A DNA stretch of 36,226 bases, taken from a virus. Of the stretch, positions 8,133 through 15,178 are shown piece by piece. The notes under the pieces were generated by a model. It worked only from the letters and a program-made list of their open reading frames with translations. It did no database searches and had not been told where the DNA came from. The position numbers and the translations under genes were made by a program. Where the stretch lies: positions 1 to 36,226 of IMG/VR virus record IMGVR_UViG_3300045988_120291; one strand, 5' to 3'. Numbering within the stretch: the stretch's first letter is position 1; every line of letters starts with the position of its first letter.

Positions 8133-8292
8133 CTATGACCTCACCGAACCGGGGGCTAGAAGCTGATACATGATTCCTCCATACTGGACAACAAGGATTC
8201 TGGCTATGTAGGGGACTTTCCCCTAACTAGTTGGCAATCATGGACATCACGTTACCTCGCCGTAGCACGGTAGCGCAACCTCCATGGCAGCC

Positions 8293-8326
8293 AACCTACA
8301 CAACACTTGCGTGGCCACGCAAGTGT
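8293..8326 (-). promoter_or_regulatory. Sigma70-like promoter overlapped by a perfect 24-bp palindrome
   Basis: Minus strand: -35 TTGCGT (8322..8317), 18-nt spacer, -10 TAGGTT (8298..8293). The palindrome ACACTTGCGTGGCCACGCAAGTGT spans 8303..8326. A G8 tract lies just upstream (8328..8335). Confidence 0.5.
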
Positions 8327-8346
8327 GCCCCCCCCTGAACACCCCC

Positions 8347-9063
8347 CTATGCAGGTGCAAACCTCGGCTGCTTCACCCCCACACGCCGCACACCATCAGA
8401 CGAACCAGCACCCGAACCACCGGGGCGCGCCGGGCTGTTTTCGGCGGCGTCTTCCTTTGATTCTCTGGCGAACAGGCAAGCGTTGATGCACTGCATCCGC
8501 GCATAGATACCGGTTGTTCCATCATGATTTTTGCGTGCGGATACAGTGAGCTGTGCGGTTTCTTCTGCGGCCATTATCGCTATCGTTCGGGCCGCATCAG
8601 CCCCGATTGTGAAGCTTTCATTTTCCACACTGATATGGTCGCAGTTCGGCATAATCAGCGCGTTTACCGCATCGCTGTATTCCGATGCTTTCACTACGAC
8701 GCTATCGCATTTTTCCGGCTCCATTGCTTCATCCTTGACAAGCATTGTCTCAGGCATTGGGCAAATGCTGACTTCCGACGCTTCACCTTCTTCATTCACC
8801 GTCGGCTTTATGCTTCTCATGATATGCGCGGCGGCATCTGCGGTGATTTCCCATTCCTTACCACGCGCATCATCATCACCAAAAATAATCGGCACATGCG
8901 CCGTGAAATGCATCGTCTTTGCCCTGCCCGTGACACTCACAATGTCTTTGGCTGTTCGCAGCGTCACCTTTTTATCGACGCCCTTTTTCGCCACGGCCGC
9001 AGCAATTTTCAACGCCTTCATCATCTCAGCAGCCTTTACGACCACAACGTTTTTCTTTTCCAT
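8347..9063 (-). CDS. Hypothetical protein
   Basis: 238-aa ORF with protein-like composition and SD GGAAGGAAA upstream. The antisense ORFs have implausible composition. Confidence 0.65.
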   Translation of the reverse strand: MEKKNVVVVKAAEMMKALKIAAAVAKKGVDKKVTLRTAKDIVSVTGRAKTMHFTAHVPIIFGDDDARGKEWEITADAAAHIMRSIKPTVNEEGEASEVSICPMPETMLVKDEAMEPEKCDSVVVKASEYSDAVNALIMPNCDHISVENESFTIGADAARTIAIMAAEETAQLTVSARKNHDGTTGIYARMQCINACLFARESKEDAAENSPARPGGSGAGSSDGVRRVGVKQPRFAPA

Positions 9064-9076
9064 TTCGTTTTCCTTC

Positions 9077-9802
9077 CTACCCGAATTGCAGCACTTGCTG
9101 TCCTAGACGCTTTGCGATTACCTCGCAGTACCGTTCTTCCAATTCAATCGCAATGACTTTTTGACCTAGATTCCTAGCGGCGACCACCGTGGCCCCGGTT
9201 CCCGCGAATGGATCAACGATGGTACGGCCACGCGGCATCCGCTCAATCAATCTTTCCATCAACCTCACAGGCTTAACAGTTGGGTGCCTGAACTTGTTTT
9301 CTTCACCATGCGACCCGCCACGCAGACCATCAACTGCAAGCACAGACCCGGCGCGCTTGAACCGGTATGGGCTGATTGCTTCTTCCATGTTCCACGCTTT
9401 TCCCAGCATGTGGATTTCCTCGTGCGAGTGCCCGAAGGGTGATTTTAGGTTTCCCATTCCTGGTGTTCCTGTTTTCCACCACACGAGTCGGTTTACTTCC
9501 CCTTCTGGGGGTTGTACTCGCCATGTTCCAAATACAACTCCAGCGGAGTTCTTGCACCCCGGCGTGTTGTCATATTCTAGCCATTCTCTGATTGCGGCGT
9601 CGCGTAACTCGGTTGATTCATCTCCTTTTACTCTCCATCCTTTTTCGTTTTTCCCTCTATACCCTGACTTGTACCCCATTCCATAGGGGGGGTCGGTCAC
9701 GAGGTTACGGTGTGGTACCCAGATTGGCAGTAGCTCAGGGCTGAGCGCGTCGCCATGGTATATTGCCACGCCGTCGATCTCATAGAATGGCTGCGGTGCC
9801 AC
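9077..9802 (-). CDS. DNA methyltransferase, beta-class (N6-adenine or N4-cytosine)
   Basis: A DPPYG motif lies N-terminal and FAGTGAT (the AdoMet-binding FxGxG) C-terminal; this order is that of the beta group. GTG start with SD GGAGAGG. Confidence 0.8.
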   Translation of the reverse strand: MAPQPFYEIDGVAIYHGDALSPELLPIWVPHRNLVTDPPYGMGYKSGYRGKNEKGWRVKGDESTELRDAAIREWLEYDNTPGCKNSAGVVFGTWRVQPPEGEVNRLVWWKTGTPGMGNLKSPFGHSHEEIHMLGKAWNMEEAISPYRFKRAGSVLAVDGLRGGSHGEENKFRHPTVKPVRLMERLIERMPRGRTIVDPFAGTGATVVAARNLGQKVIAIELEERYCEVIAKRLGQQVLQFG

Positions 9803-10319
9803 TGTCCACCTCTCCCAATGCTTCCAGGCTTTCCTTTGCCGCTTTCGCGGCTTCTTCCAAGGCTTTCGCGGCGGTGCTCAGCTTCGATGCAAAATCTTCG
9901 AGGCGTATTTGTGCATCGATTACGACTAGTGCTTCTTCATAAGAAACCTTTATTGGCTTATCGTCATCCACAAAGACACTTCCGTCTTCCCAGTCAAGCT
10001 CCACCATCCATGTGTTACCCGGCGCGCATATTTCTTCTGGATCGAAAATATCTCCCCCGCAATCTTCGATACATTCGCACACTAGACATATGTTAGTTTC
10101 TGTCGCATAGCCCCCACACCATTCGCTCATTATGTGCAGTTCGTCATGATTGTAGTAGCCACTACGCTCGTACTCATTGCCTAGTTTTCTTTTTTCTTCC
10201 TCTGTGCATTTTTCGCACTCGTGCCATGAATGCTGATCCTCACGACATGGGCAGTAAACGACTTCCCAGTTCCCTTCATCCGATATTTTTACAATGTGGG
10301 ACTTGTCTACTTTCGACAT
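9780..10319 (-). CDS. Hypothetical acidic Cys-rich protein
   Basis: 179-aa ORF with CPC...HECEKC and CLVCECIEDC clusters. AGATTGGA lies 8 nt upstream of the ATG. Confidence 0.65.
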   Translation of the reverse strand: MSKVDKSHIVKISDEGNWEVVYCPCREDQHSWHECEKCTEEEKRKLGNEYERSGYYNHDELHIMSEWCGGYATETNICLVCECIEDCGGDIFDPEEICAPGNTWMVELDWEDGSVFVDDDKPIKVSYEEALVVIDAQIRLEDFASKLSTAAKALEEAAKAAKESLEALGEVDSGTAAIL

Positions 10320-10322
10320 TTT

Positions 10323-10733
10323 TTAAATCCAATCTCCTACGATGCCTGTACAGTCGATACTTTCAGCTTGTTTTATAATTTCTTCCATTGCTCTTTCGCT
10401 CAGGACTGCAAATAATTCTTTCCCCTCGATTTGCCATTCACCGTGATTTCTTTGGCTTACTTTGTGCATTGACCCGAAGATCATTACACCTATAGTGTCT
10501 TTTCCGGTCTTCCAGAAAATATCCGACAGCGCTTCCAAAATGCTTACTTCCCAGAATCTTTTTCGCTCTAGGAGAAGTTTGCCCGCAAAGTTACGGTGCT
10601 CTTCCACACCCATCATCCGAAAATCAGTCATGTGCTGTTCGGTCATGCCCTGCCGTGCGACAAGCTTCACGCCGCCACCTACGTCATCCAGGACGACCCG
10701 GAACTGATCTGGTCTTTCTTCACTCTTCCACAT
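10323..10733 (-). CDS. Hypothetical protein
   Basis: 136-aa ORF packed tightly in the early minus-strand operon. Confidence 0.6.
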   Translation of the reverse strand: MWKSEERPDQFRVVLDDVGGGVKLVARQGMTEQHMTDFRMMGVEEHRNFAGKLLLERKRFWEVSILEALSDIFWKTGKDTIGVMIFGSMHKVSQRNHGEWQIEGKELFAVLSERAMEEIIKQAESIDCTGIVGDWI

Positions 10734-11127
10734 ATGGTTTCACATCCACAATGAAATCATCGAACCAGAACCCACGATTTTCGCCGCTCTTGAACACCAT
10801 TTCAACCCTATCACCTTTAAGTTTCAATACGTCACCTTCACGCGTTACGCTCACCTCACCGAAATTAACATTTTCCATCTTCACAGACTCAATGCCTGTT
10901 TCAACAATGAACAGATCAGCAACATCTATTGCTCGCATTTCCTGAGCAAATATATTGTAGTTAGGCGACTCATCCAGGCTTGTTGCATCAAGCACAGTTT
11001 GCATCAAAATGAACCCGCGATACCCATTAACTAGTTTTTCTTTCGCGAAAACATCCACGCCTTTAGCCCGAAAAACCAGATACAATCTCATTTCCATTAC
11101 CTCCATTGCCTTACTTTCTTCTTGCAT
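10720..11127 (-). CDS. Hypothetical protein. Likely start is the ATG at 11091, after SD GGAGG.
   Basis: 135-aa ORF in the track. An internal ATG at 11091 has GGAGG 8 nt upstream and avoids the overlap with the upstream gene. Confidence 0.6.
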   Translation of the reverse strand: MQEESKAMEVMEMRLYLVFRAKGVDVFAKEKLVNGYRGFILMQTVLDATSLDESPNYNIFAQEMRAIDVADLFIVETGIESVKMENVNFGEVSVTREGDVLKLKGDRVEMVFKSGENRGFWFDDFIVDVKPYVEE

Positions 11128-11369
11128 GTATCAAAATGGCAAGTATACAGCCGCTCTCGCCGAAGGTGTGCTATTTCCACTTCACCGGCCCGCAGATACT
11201 CTGCACGTCCGCACGATATTCGCCAATGCCCATCATCTGAATGAACAAGATTCAACGGCATGTTTTTACCCGCAACCGTTTTCACCCACCTTATCGGCTC
11301 TCCGCAATCACGGCAAAGCGCATTCGGCGGCCTTCTTCCCTCATCCCACATTTCGTTGATCCACTTCAT
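11097..11369 (-). CDS. Hypothetical zinc-ribbon-like protein
   Basis: 90-aa ORF with CRDCGEP ... CHFDTC Cys pairs. Confidence 0.55.
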   Translation of the reverse strand: MKWINEMWDEGRRPPNALCRDCGEPIRWVKTVAGKNMPLNLVHSDDGHWRISCGRAEYLRAGEVEIAHLRRERLYTCHFDTCKKKVRQWR

Positions 11370-11607
11370 GAATCATTTCCCTTAGCGCCTTACTTGAGTC
11401 GTAGATACATGAGAATACGACCGCTTCCACCACTCTAGCCATTCCACGGAAACTACTTCTCATTACTCGCGCATAGGTTTCGTCTTTTTCTCGATTTACA
11501 AATTCCTCTGTCACCTCTTCTACGAACAGGGCAACCTGATTCGCAAAATCAGCATCTCTTTCAATTTTCCCATCAAGCTTCCAACCGAGCTTTTCCTCTA
11601 AGCTCAT
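11341..11607 (-). CDS. Hypothetical protein, first gene of the early minus-strand operon. Start revised to the ATG at 11607.
   Basis: The track ORF begins at 11691 inside a G9 tract and the promoter. The ATG at 11607 (MSLEEKLGW...) is preceded by AGATTGGAGAT 8 nt upstream, the same leader seen in other genes. Confidence 0.55.
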   Translation of the reverse strand: MSLEEKLGWKLDGKIERDADFANQVALFVEEVTEEFVNREKDETYARVMRSSFRGMARVVEAVVFSCIYDSSKALREMIHEVDQRNVG

Positions 11608-11647
11608 TTCCGATCTCCAATCTTTCCAATCGATTTGGACAATGCAC

Positions 11648-11676
11648 ACTTTATCCATCACGGCATGGCCACGCAA
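11648..11676 (-). promoter_or_regulatory. Sigma70-like early promoter carrying half of the palindrome
   Basis: Minus strand: TTGCGT (11676..11671), 17-nt spacer, TAAAGT (11653..11648). A G9 tract lies upstream (11681..11689). It shares GCTTGCGTGGCCA with the 8303..8326 site. Confidence 0.5.
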
Positions 11677-11759
11677 GCAGCCCCCCCCCACTCAATCCAT
11701 TTTCCCAGCTTCACCCGCTATCCACACCCCCAAATGGTTACCCCCGTCCACAGCGCCAC

Positions 11760-11788
11760 TTTACAAATCTTCCGCGTTTTTCTAAATT
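11760..11788 (+). promoter_or_regulatory. Sigma70-like promoter for the plus-strand island
   Basis: TTTACA (11760..11765), 17-nt spacer, TAAATT (11783..11788). It is divergent from the early minus-strand promoter. Confidence 0.45.
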
Positions 11789-11830
11789 GACACTTGTCGC
11801 CAAACGGTGGCGGCAGATTGGAAAAGCGAT

Positions 11831-11980
11831 ATGTTCATCTTTGACTTACTAGCCCCCCTGTGTGGCGGCGTCGGCTTCACATCCATTGTCCTAATGAGTG
11901 CCGCCGCAATCTACAAAACTGTTACGGATTACGGCAACTTGACCTACACGGAAGGAACTCACCCTGATGATCACATTTAA
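11831..11980 (+). CDS. Small hydrophobic protein (49 aa) with a predicted single transmembrane helix. It is not in the ORF track.
   Basis: My translation: MFIFDLLAPLCGGVGFTSIVLMSAAAIYKTVTDYGNLTYTEGTHPDDHI, stop TAA at 11978..11980. CAGATTGGA lies 8 nt upstream of the ATG. It overlaps the next ATG by 14 nt. Confidence 0.45.
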   Translation: MFIFDLLAPLCGGVGFTSIVLMSAAAIYKTVTDYGNLTYTEGTHPDDHI

Positions 11981-12398
11981 CCTGCGCGGACTTCCTCAGC
12001 CCATACGGTCCACCGGCCTCATCAGCGCACTAGTCGAGCACTATAAACGAATCATAGCGGTAGAGAAGCACCCCGTATCGCCGAATATCCTTGTCATTGA
12101 CCCGGCAACCGGAACTGTGATCGGCGAAGTGCAAAACCTCACTGGCGAAGACGAAACCAACTCTGATCCTGATTACGCAGCTTTTCGCATTCGGCAAGCG
12201 CACACGCAAGAACGCAAGCTACAGATGGAACTGCGAGCAGCGAAAGCGCACAAGAAGCAGCTCATCCGCGAAGCCGTAAGCCTTAAACTGCTCACCTACC
12301 GCAACATCGCTGATCTTCTTCACCAAACGCCGCAGAACATCCGCAGCATTGCCCAACCCTCACCCTCAGAACTAGGAACGACCCATGCAAAATCTTGA
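11967..12398 (+). CDS. Hypothetical protein with a C-terminal HTH-like segment
   Basis: 143-aa ORF. LLTYRNIADLLHQTPQNIRSIAQ resembles an HTH. SD GGAAGGAA upstream. Confidence 0.6.
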   Translation: MITFNLRGLPQPIRSTGLISALVEHYKRIIAVEKHPVSPNILVIDPATGTVIGEVQNLTGEDETNSDPDYAAFRIRQAHTQERKLQMELRAAKAHKKQLIREAVSLKLLTYRNIADLLHQTPQNIRSIAQPSPSELGTTHAKS

Positions 12399-12831
12399 CA
12401 GCGCTAAATTCGTCGAGTCCCTTCTCAATGAAGAAGTCTTCCAGCTTCCTACTTCCGCAGACGATGAATTTCAAAAGCTAGTTGATTCTGGCAAGAAGCT
12501 AACCGAATCCCTCGCGGAAAGCCTCAACTTACAAACCCTTGCCGATCTCAAAGAATCAAACCCCCATAACCCCGTGTACATGGCGTGCCCACTAAACCCC
12601 TCAATGCCAGTGATGCACAGCGAAACGCAAAGCTACGCGCTTTCACTGACACTGAATAAGCGCACCGCTGGAAACACGCCGGGAATTGACGTCTACACCC
12701 TGTCTGCATACCCCGTATGCACCAGTCTAACCGGCTGCTACGTGCGCCACATAGTCGGATTCCCGAGCCTGCTTAACCAAATCGCACGTCTCGACGTCTT
12801 CGGCATCGATAGGTTTATAGATTCGCTCTAG
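12385..12831 (+). CDS. Hypothetical protein
   Basis: 148-aa ORF with a 14-nt overlap on the upstream gene and protein-like composition. Confidence 0.6.
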   Translation: MQNLDSAKFVESLLNEEVFQLPTSADDEFQKLVDSGKKLTESLAESLNLQTLADLKESNPHNPVYMACPLNPSMPVMHSETQSYALSLTLNKRTAGNTPGIDVYTLSAYPVCTSLTGCYVRHIVGFPSLLNQIARLDVFGIDRFIDSL

Positions 12832-12838
12832 CCGCTCC

Positions 12839-12986
12839 GACCTGCAACAATAAGCGCGCATCACCCCCAAATAAGGGCAACACACAACCAATGCATTGCG
12901 TGGCCACGCAACGGGTGATACAGTGAAAGACGTCCACAACAAAGGGGAACAAACCCCACACCAGATTGGAGATAAGCAATGAGCAC
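12839..12986 (+). repeat. Repeat A, copy 1 (partner at 15177..15320): an intergenic promoter/operator/leader module
   Basis: Hand alignment with copy 2 gives 12 mismatches and one 4-nt indel over about 144 positions. The repeat runs into the first codons (ATGAGCAC). Confidence 0.9.
12896..12924 (+). promoter_or_regulatory. Extended -10 promoter overlapped by a perfect 16-bp palindrome
   Basis: TTGCGT (12896..12901), 17-nt spacer, TGATACAGT with -10 TACAGT (12919..12924). Palindrome TTGCGTGGCCACGCAA at 12896..12911. Confidence 0.55.
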
Positions 12987-13281
12987 ACCCTACACATTCA
13001 CCCACCCAAGCCCCGGCGTTTTCGAGGCACACTACAGTGATCAAACGTTCGCAATCCTGGAACGCCATACCTGCGTTTCCTCAGTCGCCGGAACCGTTGA
13101 TAACCGCGAACTTTGGGTTATCGTCGATCCGCTCCAGGAGGCCAACATCAACACCCGCGACCTGAACTGCATCTACCACATCTGCGAAGGATTCCCAACC
13201 TACAAAGCCGCCGCAGCAAAAGCATGGGAAAACTACAACACGTACGGCGTCGCCCTTCCTATCGGTATTGCCGACTGCTGA
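12979..13281 (+). CDS. Hypothetical small protein (100 aa)
   Basis: The ORF follows repeat A. CAGATTGGAGAT lies 8 nt upstream of the ATG. Confidence 0.6.
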   Translation: MSTPYTFTHPSPGVFEAHYSDQTFAILERHTCVSSVAGTVDNRELWVIVDPLQEANINTRDLNCIYHICEGFPTYKAAAAKAWENYNTYGVALPIGIADC

Positions 13282-13284
13282 GAA

Positions 13285-13360
13285 CAAGCGCCCGGGGTGA
13301 GCGCACAATCACCCCCCACCCGGCGCGCGGCCACCGGAACAACGGCCGCAGATTGGATTT
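13285..13360 (+). repeat. Repeat B, copy 1 (partner at 15655..15731): an intercistronic double-hairpin element
   Basis: The first 31 nt are identical to copy 2 and the rest is near-identical with small indels. Hairpins: GGGGTGA/TCACCCC (13294..13315) and GCGGCC/GGCCGC (13327..13349). Confidence 0.9.
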
Positions 13361-13364
13361 GGTT

Positions 13365-13829
13365 ATGTATTCTTTGATTCCTGTTCCTGAGATGATTGTC
13401 CAGTCTGTTGACAGTCTTGATTGGTCTGCGGAGGTTCCGCGTGAATATGAGCCGCCTGTGTTTGGTTCGTGCGGGGCGTATAACACGGTTTTGACCGGCG
13501 ACGAGTTCTATTTGATCATGGACCGTTTGGCGATTTCGCCGCTTGATTTGTCACGGGCTACCGGCTTTCCTCAGACCAGCATCCTGTTTTGGAGGCGTTC
13601 TAAGCAAGTTCCTATGAATGTCGCGCTTACTGTTCGGCATCTACAGAAGCTCACTCACGGCGTCATCAATGCGCTTGATCACGTCACCGGGTGTTCATTC
13701 CACAACTACGGCTACCGCAGGATCGGCGATTTCTGGCTACCGGAATCGTGGTGGCGCATGTGCCTGGCCCGCAACTCTGAGCGCACGATCATGAAGGATT
13801 TTCACTACTCACATAAAAGGAGTCGCTAA
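13365..13829 (+). CDS. Hypothetical protein with an XRE-like HTH
   Basis: 154 aa from the ATG at 13365, after CAGATTGGA. LTGDEFYLIMDRLAISPLDLSRATGFPQTSILFWRRSKQVP resembles an XRE-family HTH. Confidence 0.6.
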   Translation: MYSLIPVPEMIVQSVDSLDWSAEVPREYEPPVFGSCGAYNTVLTGDEFYLIMDRLAISPLDLSRATGFPQTSILFWRRSKQVPMNVALTVRHLQKLTHGVINALDHVTGCSFHNYGYRRIGDFWLPESWWRMCLARNSERTIMKDFHYSHKRSR

Positions 13830-14546
13830 ATGTATACGGCATCTTTCCTGGAGTCTTGTGTGGCTCCCCATACCAGCGTGTACGATTCTTTCTCTGAAAC
13901 TTCCAAGCGTGTCATCTTCGGAAATGCTATCTCTATCGAGTTTTTCCCGCTAGATAAGCTTTTCTCTGTGGCCTTGGAAAATGATTCGATTGACACCTAT
14001 CGTGTCAATTTCCCTGATGATCGGCGGCGGCGTGATGAAGCGGCAGCACTCATTTCCTGGTTCGCTCATGTTGCGAATAAAACCAAGTCCCCCATTACCG
14101 ACAGTCTTCTGCATGGAACCATTCTGCCTAGCTGGTCTTCACAGTTGGCCCCGTTTGATCTTGACAATTTCCACATGCGCGGCGATTCAGTCTCATTGCT
14201 TTCTAGCCCTGCTGATTTCTTGCAATGTGGCTTATCGCATTTATGCGATGTGAGCATCAGCCTGTGTACTGATTCCCCACACGCCGCGATGGCTTCTTAT
14301 GGCGATTACAGCCTTATTCTTTCCTTCGATATAAGGAAATGCATTCTCACCAACGGCTACTACATTGGCAAGTTCTCTATCGAGGTTCGTGGCCCCGGTG
14401 CGTCCCCCATCGTGAAAGAAACAGGGCACTTTGTCACCCCATTCCACATCCTCAGTGATATTTGGGATTTCCGACACTTTGCCATTGAGCGCCTCCCCAT
14501 AACCAAAGAAGCGTGGAAAACGTACCGCGCAAACACAGAAGGATAA
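13830..14546 (+). CDS. Hypothetical protein
   Basis: 238-aa ORF. Its ATG directly abuts the upstream TAA. Confidence 0.6.
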   Translation: MYTASFLESCVAPHTSVYDSFSETSKRVIFGNAISIEFFPLDKLFSVALENDSIDTYRVNFPDDRRRRDEAAALISWFAHVANKTKSPITDSLLHGTILPSWSSQLAPFDLDNFHMRGDSVSLLSSPADFLQCGLSHLCDVSISLCTDSPHAAMASYGDYSLILSFDIRKCILTNGYYIGKFSIEVRGPGASPIVKETGHFVTPFHILSDIWDFRHFAIERLPITKEAWKTYRANTEG

Positions 14547-14551
14547 CTCCC

Positions 14552-15178
14552 ATGCCCTCCATGTTTTCACCCCTGTACCATCTGCGCTGTGTCGCTGAAA
14601 AACCGGCCCCCTACACGCGCACTGCCCATTGGTGGCGACGCTCGCTAGATATTCGCTTCTACTCATTTTTTGTTGACCGCAATACGCATTCCAGCTTTGC
14701 TACGGTCAACGGTCACACAATCACGATAGGCGACCACCCCAACCTATTCGCCGCCGGGTTCGACCCGTTCAAGAACGACATCAACTATGCCGTGTACACA
14801 ACTATCTGCGGGTTCTACACCTTCGAGCACGGCGGCATCAAGGACAAGGCCACAGCAAAGGCATACCTGCGCGAGACAACCCCATTCATCCTTGACCCTG
14901 AACCAAACCACCCTAACCGGCGATGGGATTTGATGCTCAAACAGCACCATATCGGGTTTGACCGTCTCACTGATGAAGGTATCAAGTTCCGCATCATTGA
15001 CAACTACCCGAACTCCACAAACAACCCCGATCCAATCAAGTTCAAGCGCGCCGTTGACTTGTGGGACATGCGCAAGCAAATCGCCGAATTTGAGACAGAA
15101 CGGCACCGCCTTCCCTACCCGCTCCCCTACGACTCCGCAATTCACCCTAGCCACGTCCTTGAATACATGCCGCGCTGA
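14552..15178 (+). CDS. Hypothetical protein. Start revised to the ATG at 14552.
   Basis: The track ORF starts at 14513 inside the upstream gene. The ATG at 14552 has GAAGGA upstream and gives 208 aa. Confidence 0.6.
   Translation: MPSMFSPLYHLRCVAEKPAPYTRTAHWWRRSLDIRFYSFFVDRNTHSSFATVNGHTITIGDHPNLFAAGFDPFKNDINYAVYTTICGFYTFEHGGIKDKATAKAYLRETTPFILDPEPNHPNRRWDLMLKQHHIGFDRLTDEGIKFRIIDNYPNSTNNPDPIKFKRAVDLWDMRKQIAEFETERHRLPYPLPYDSAIHPSHVLEYMPR

Noticed and set aside
8303-8326. The 24-bp palindrome as an intrinsic terminator
   Set aside because: No U tract follows it on either strand, and its arms coincide with a -35 box at proper spacing to a TAnnnT -10. An operator/promoter role fits better, although an RNA hairpin role in read-through transcripts is not excluded.
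8524-9156. Two overlapping plus-strand ORFs (210 and 191 aa)
   Set aside because: They are antisense to the 8347..9063 minus-strand ORF, which has protein-like composition and a good SD. The plus-strand frames are rich in Cys, Phe and Arg and cross a gene boundary.
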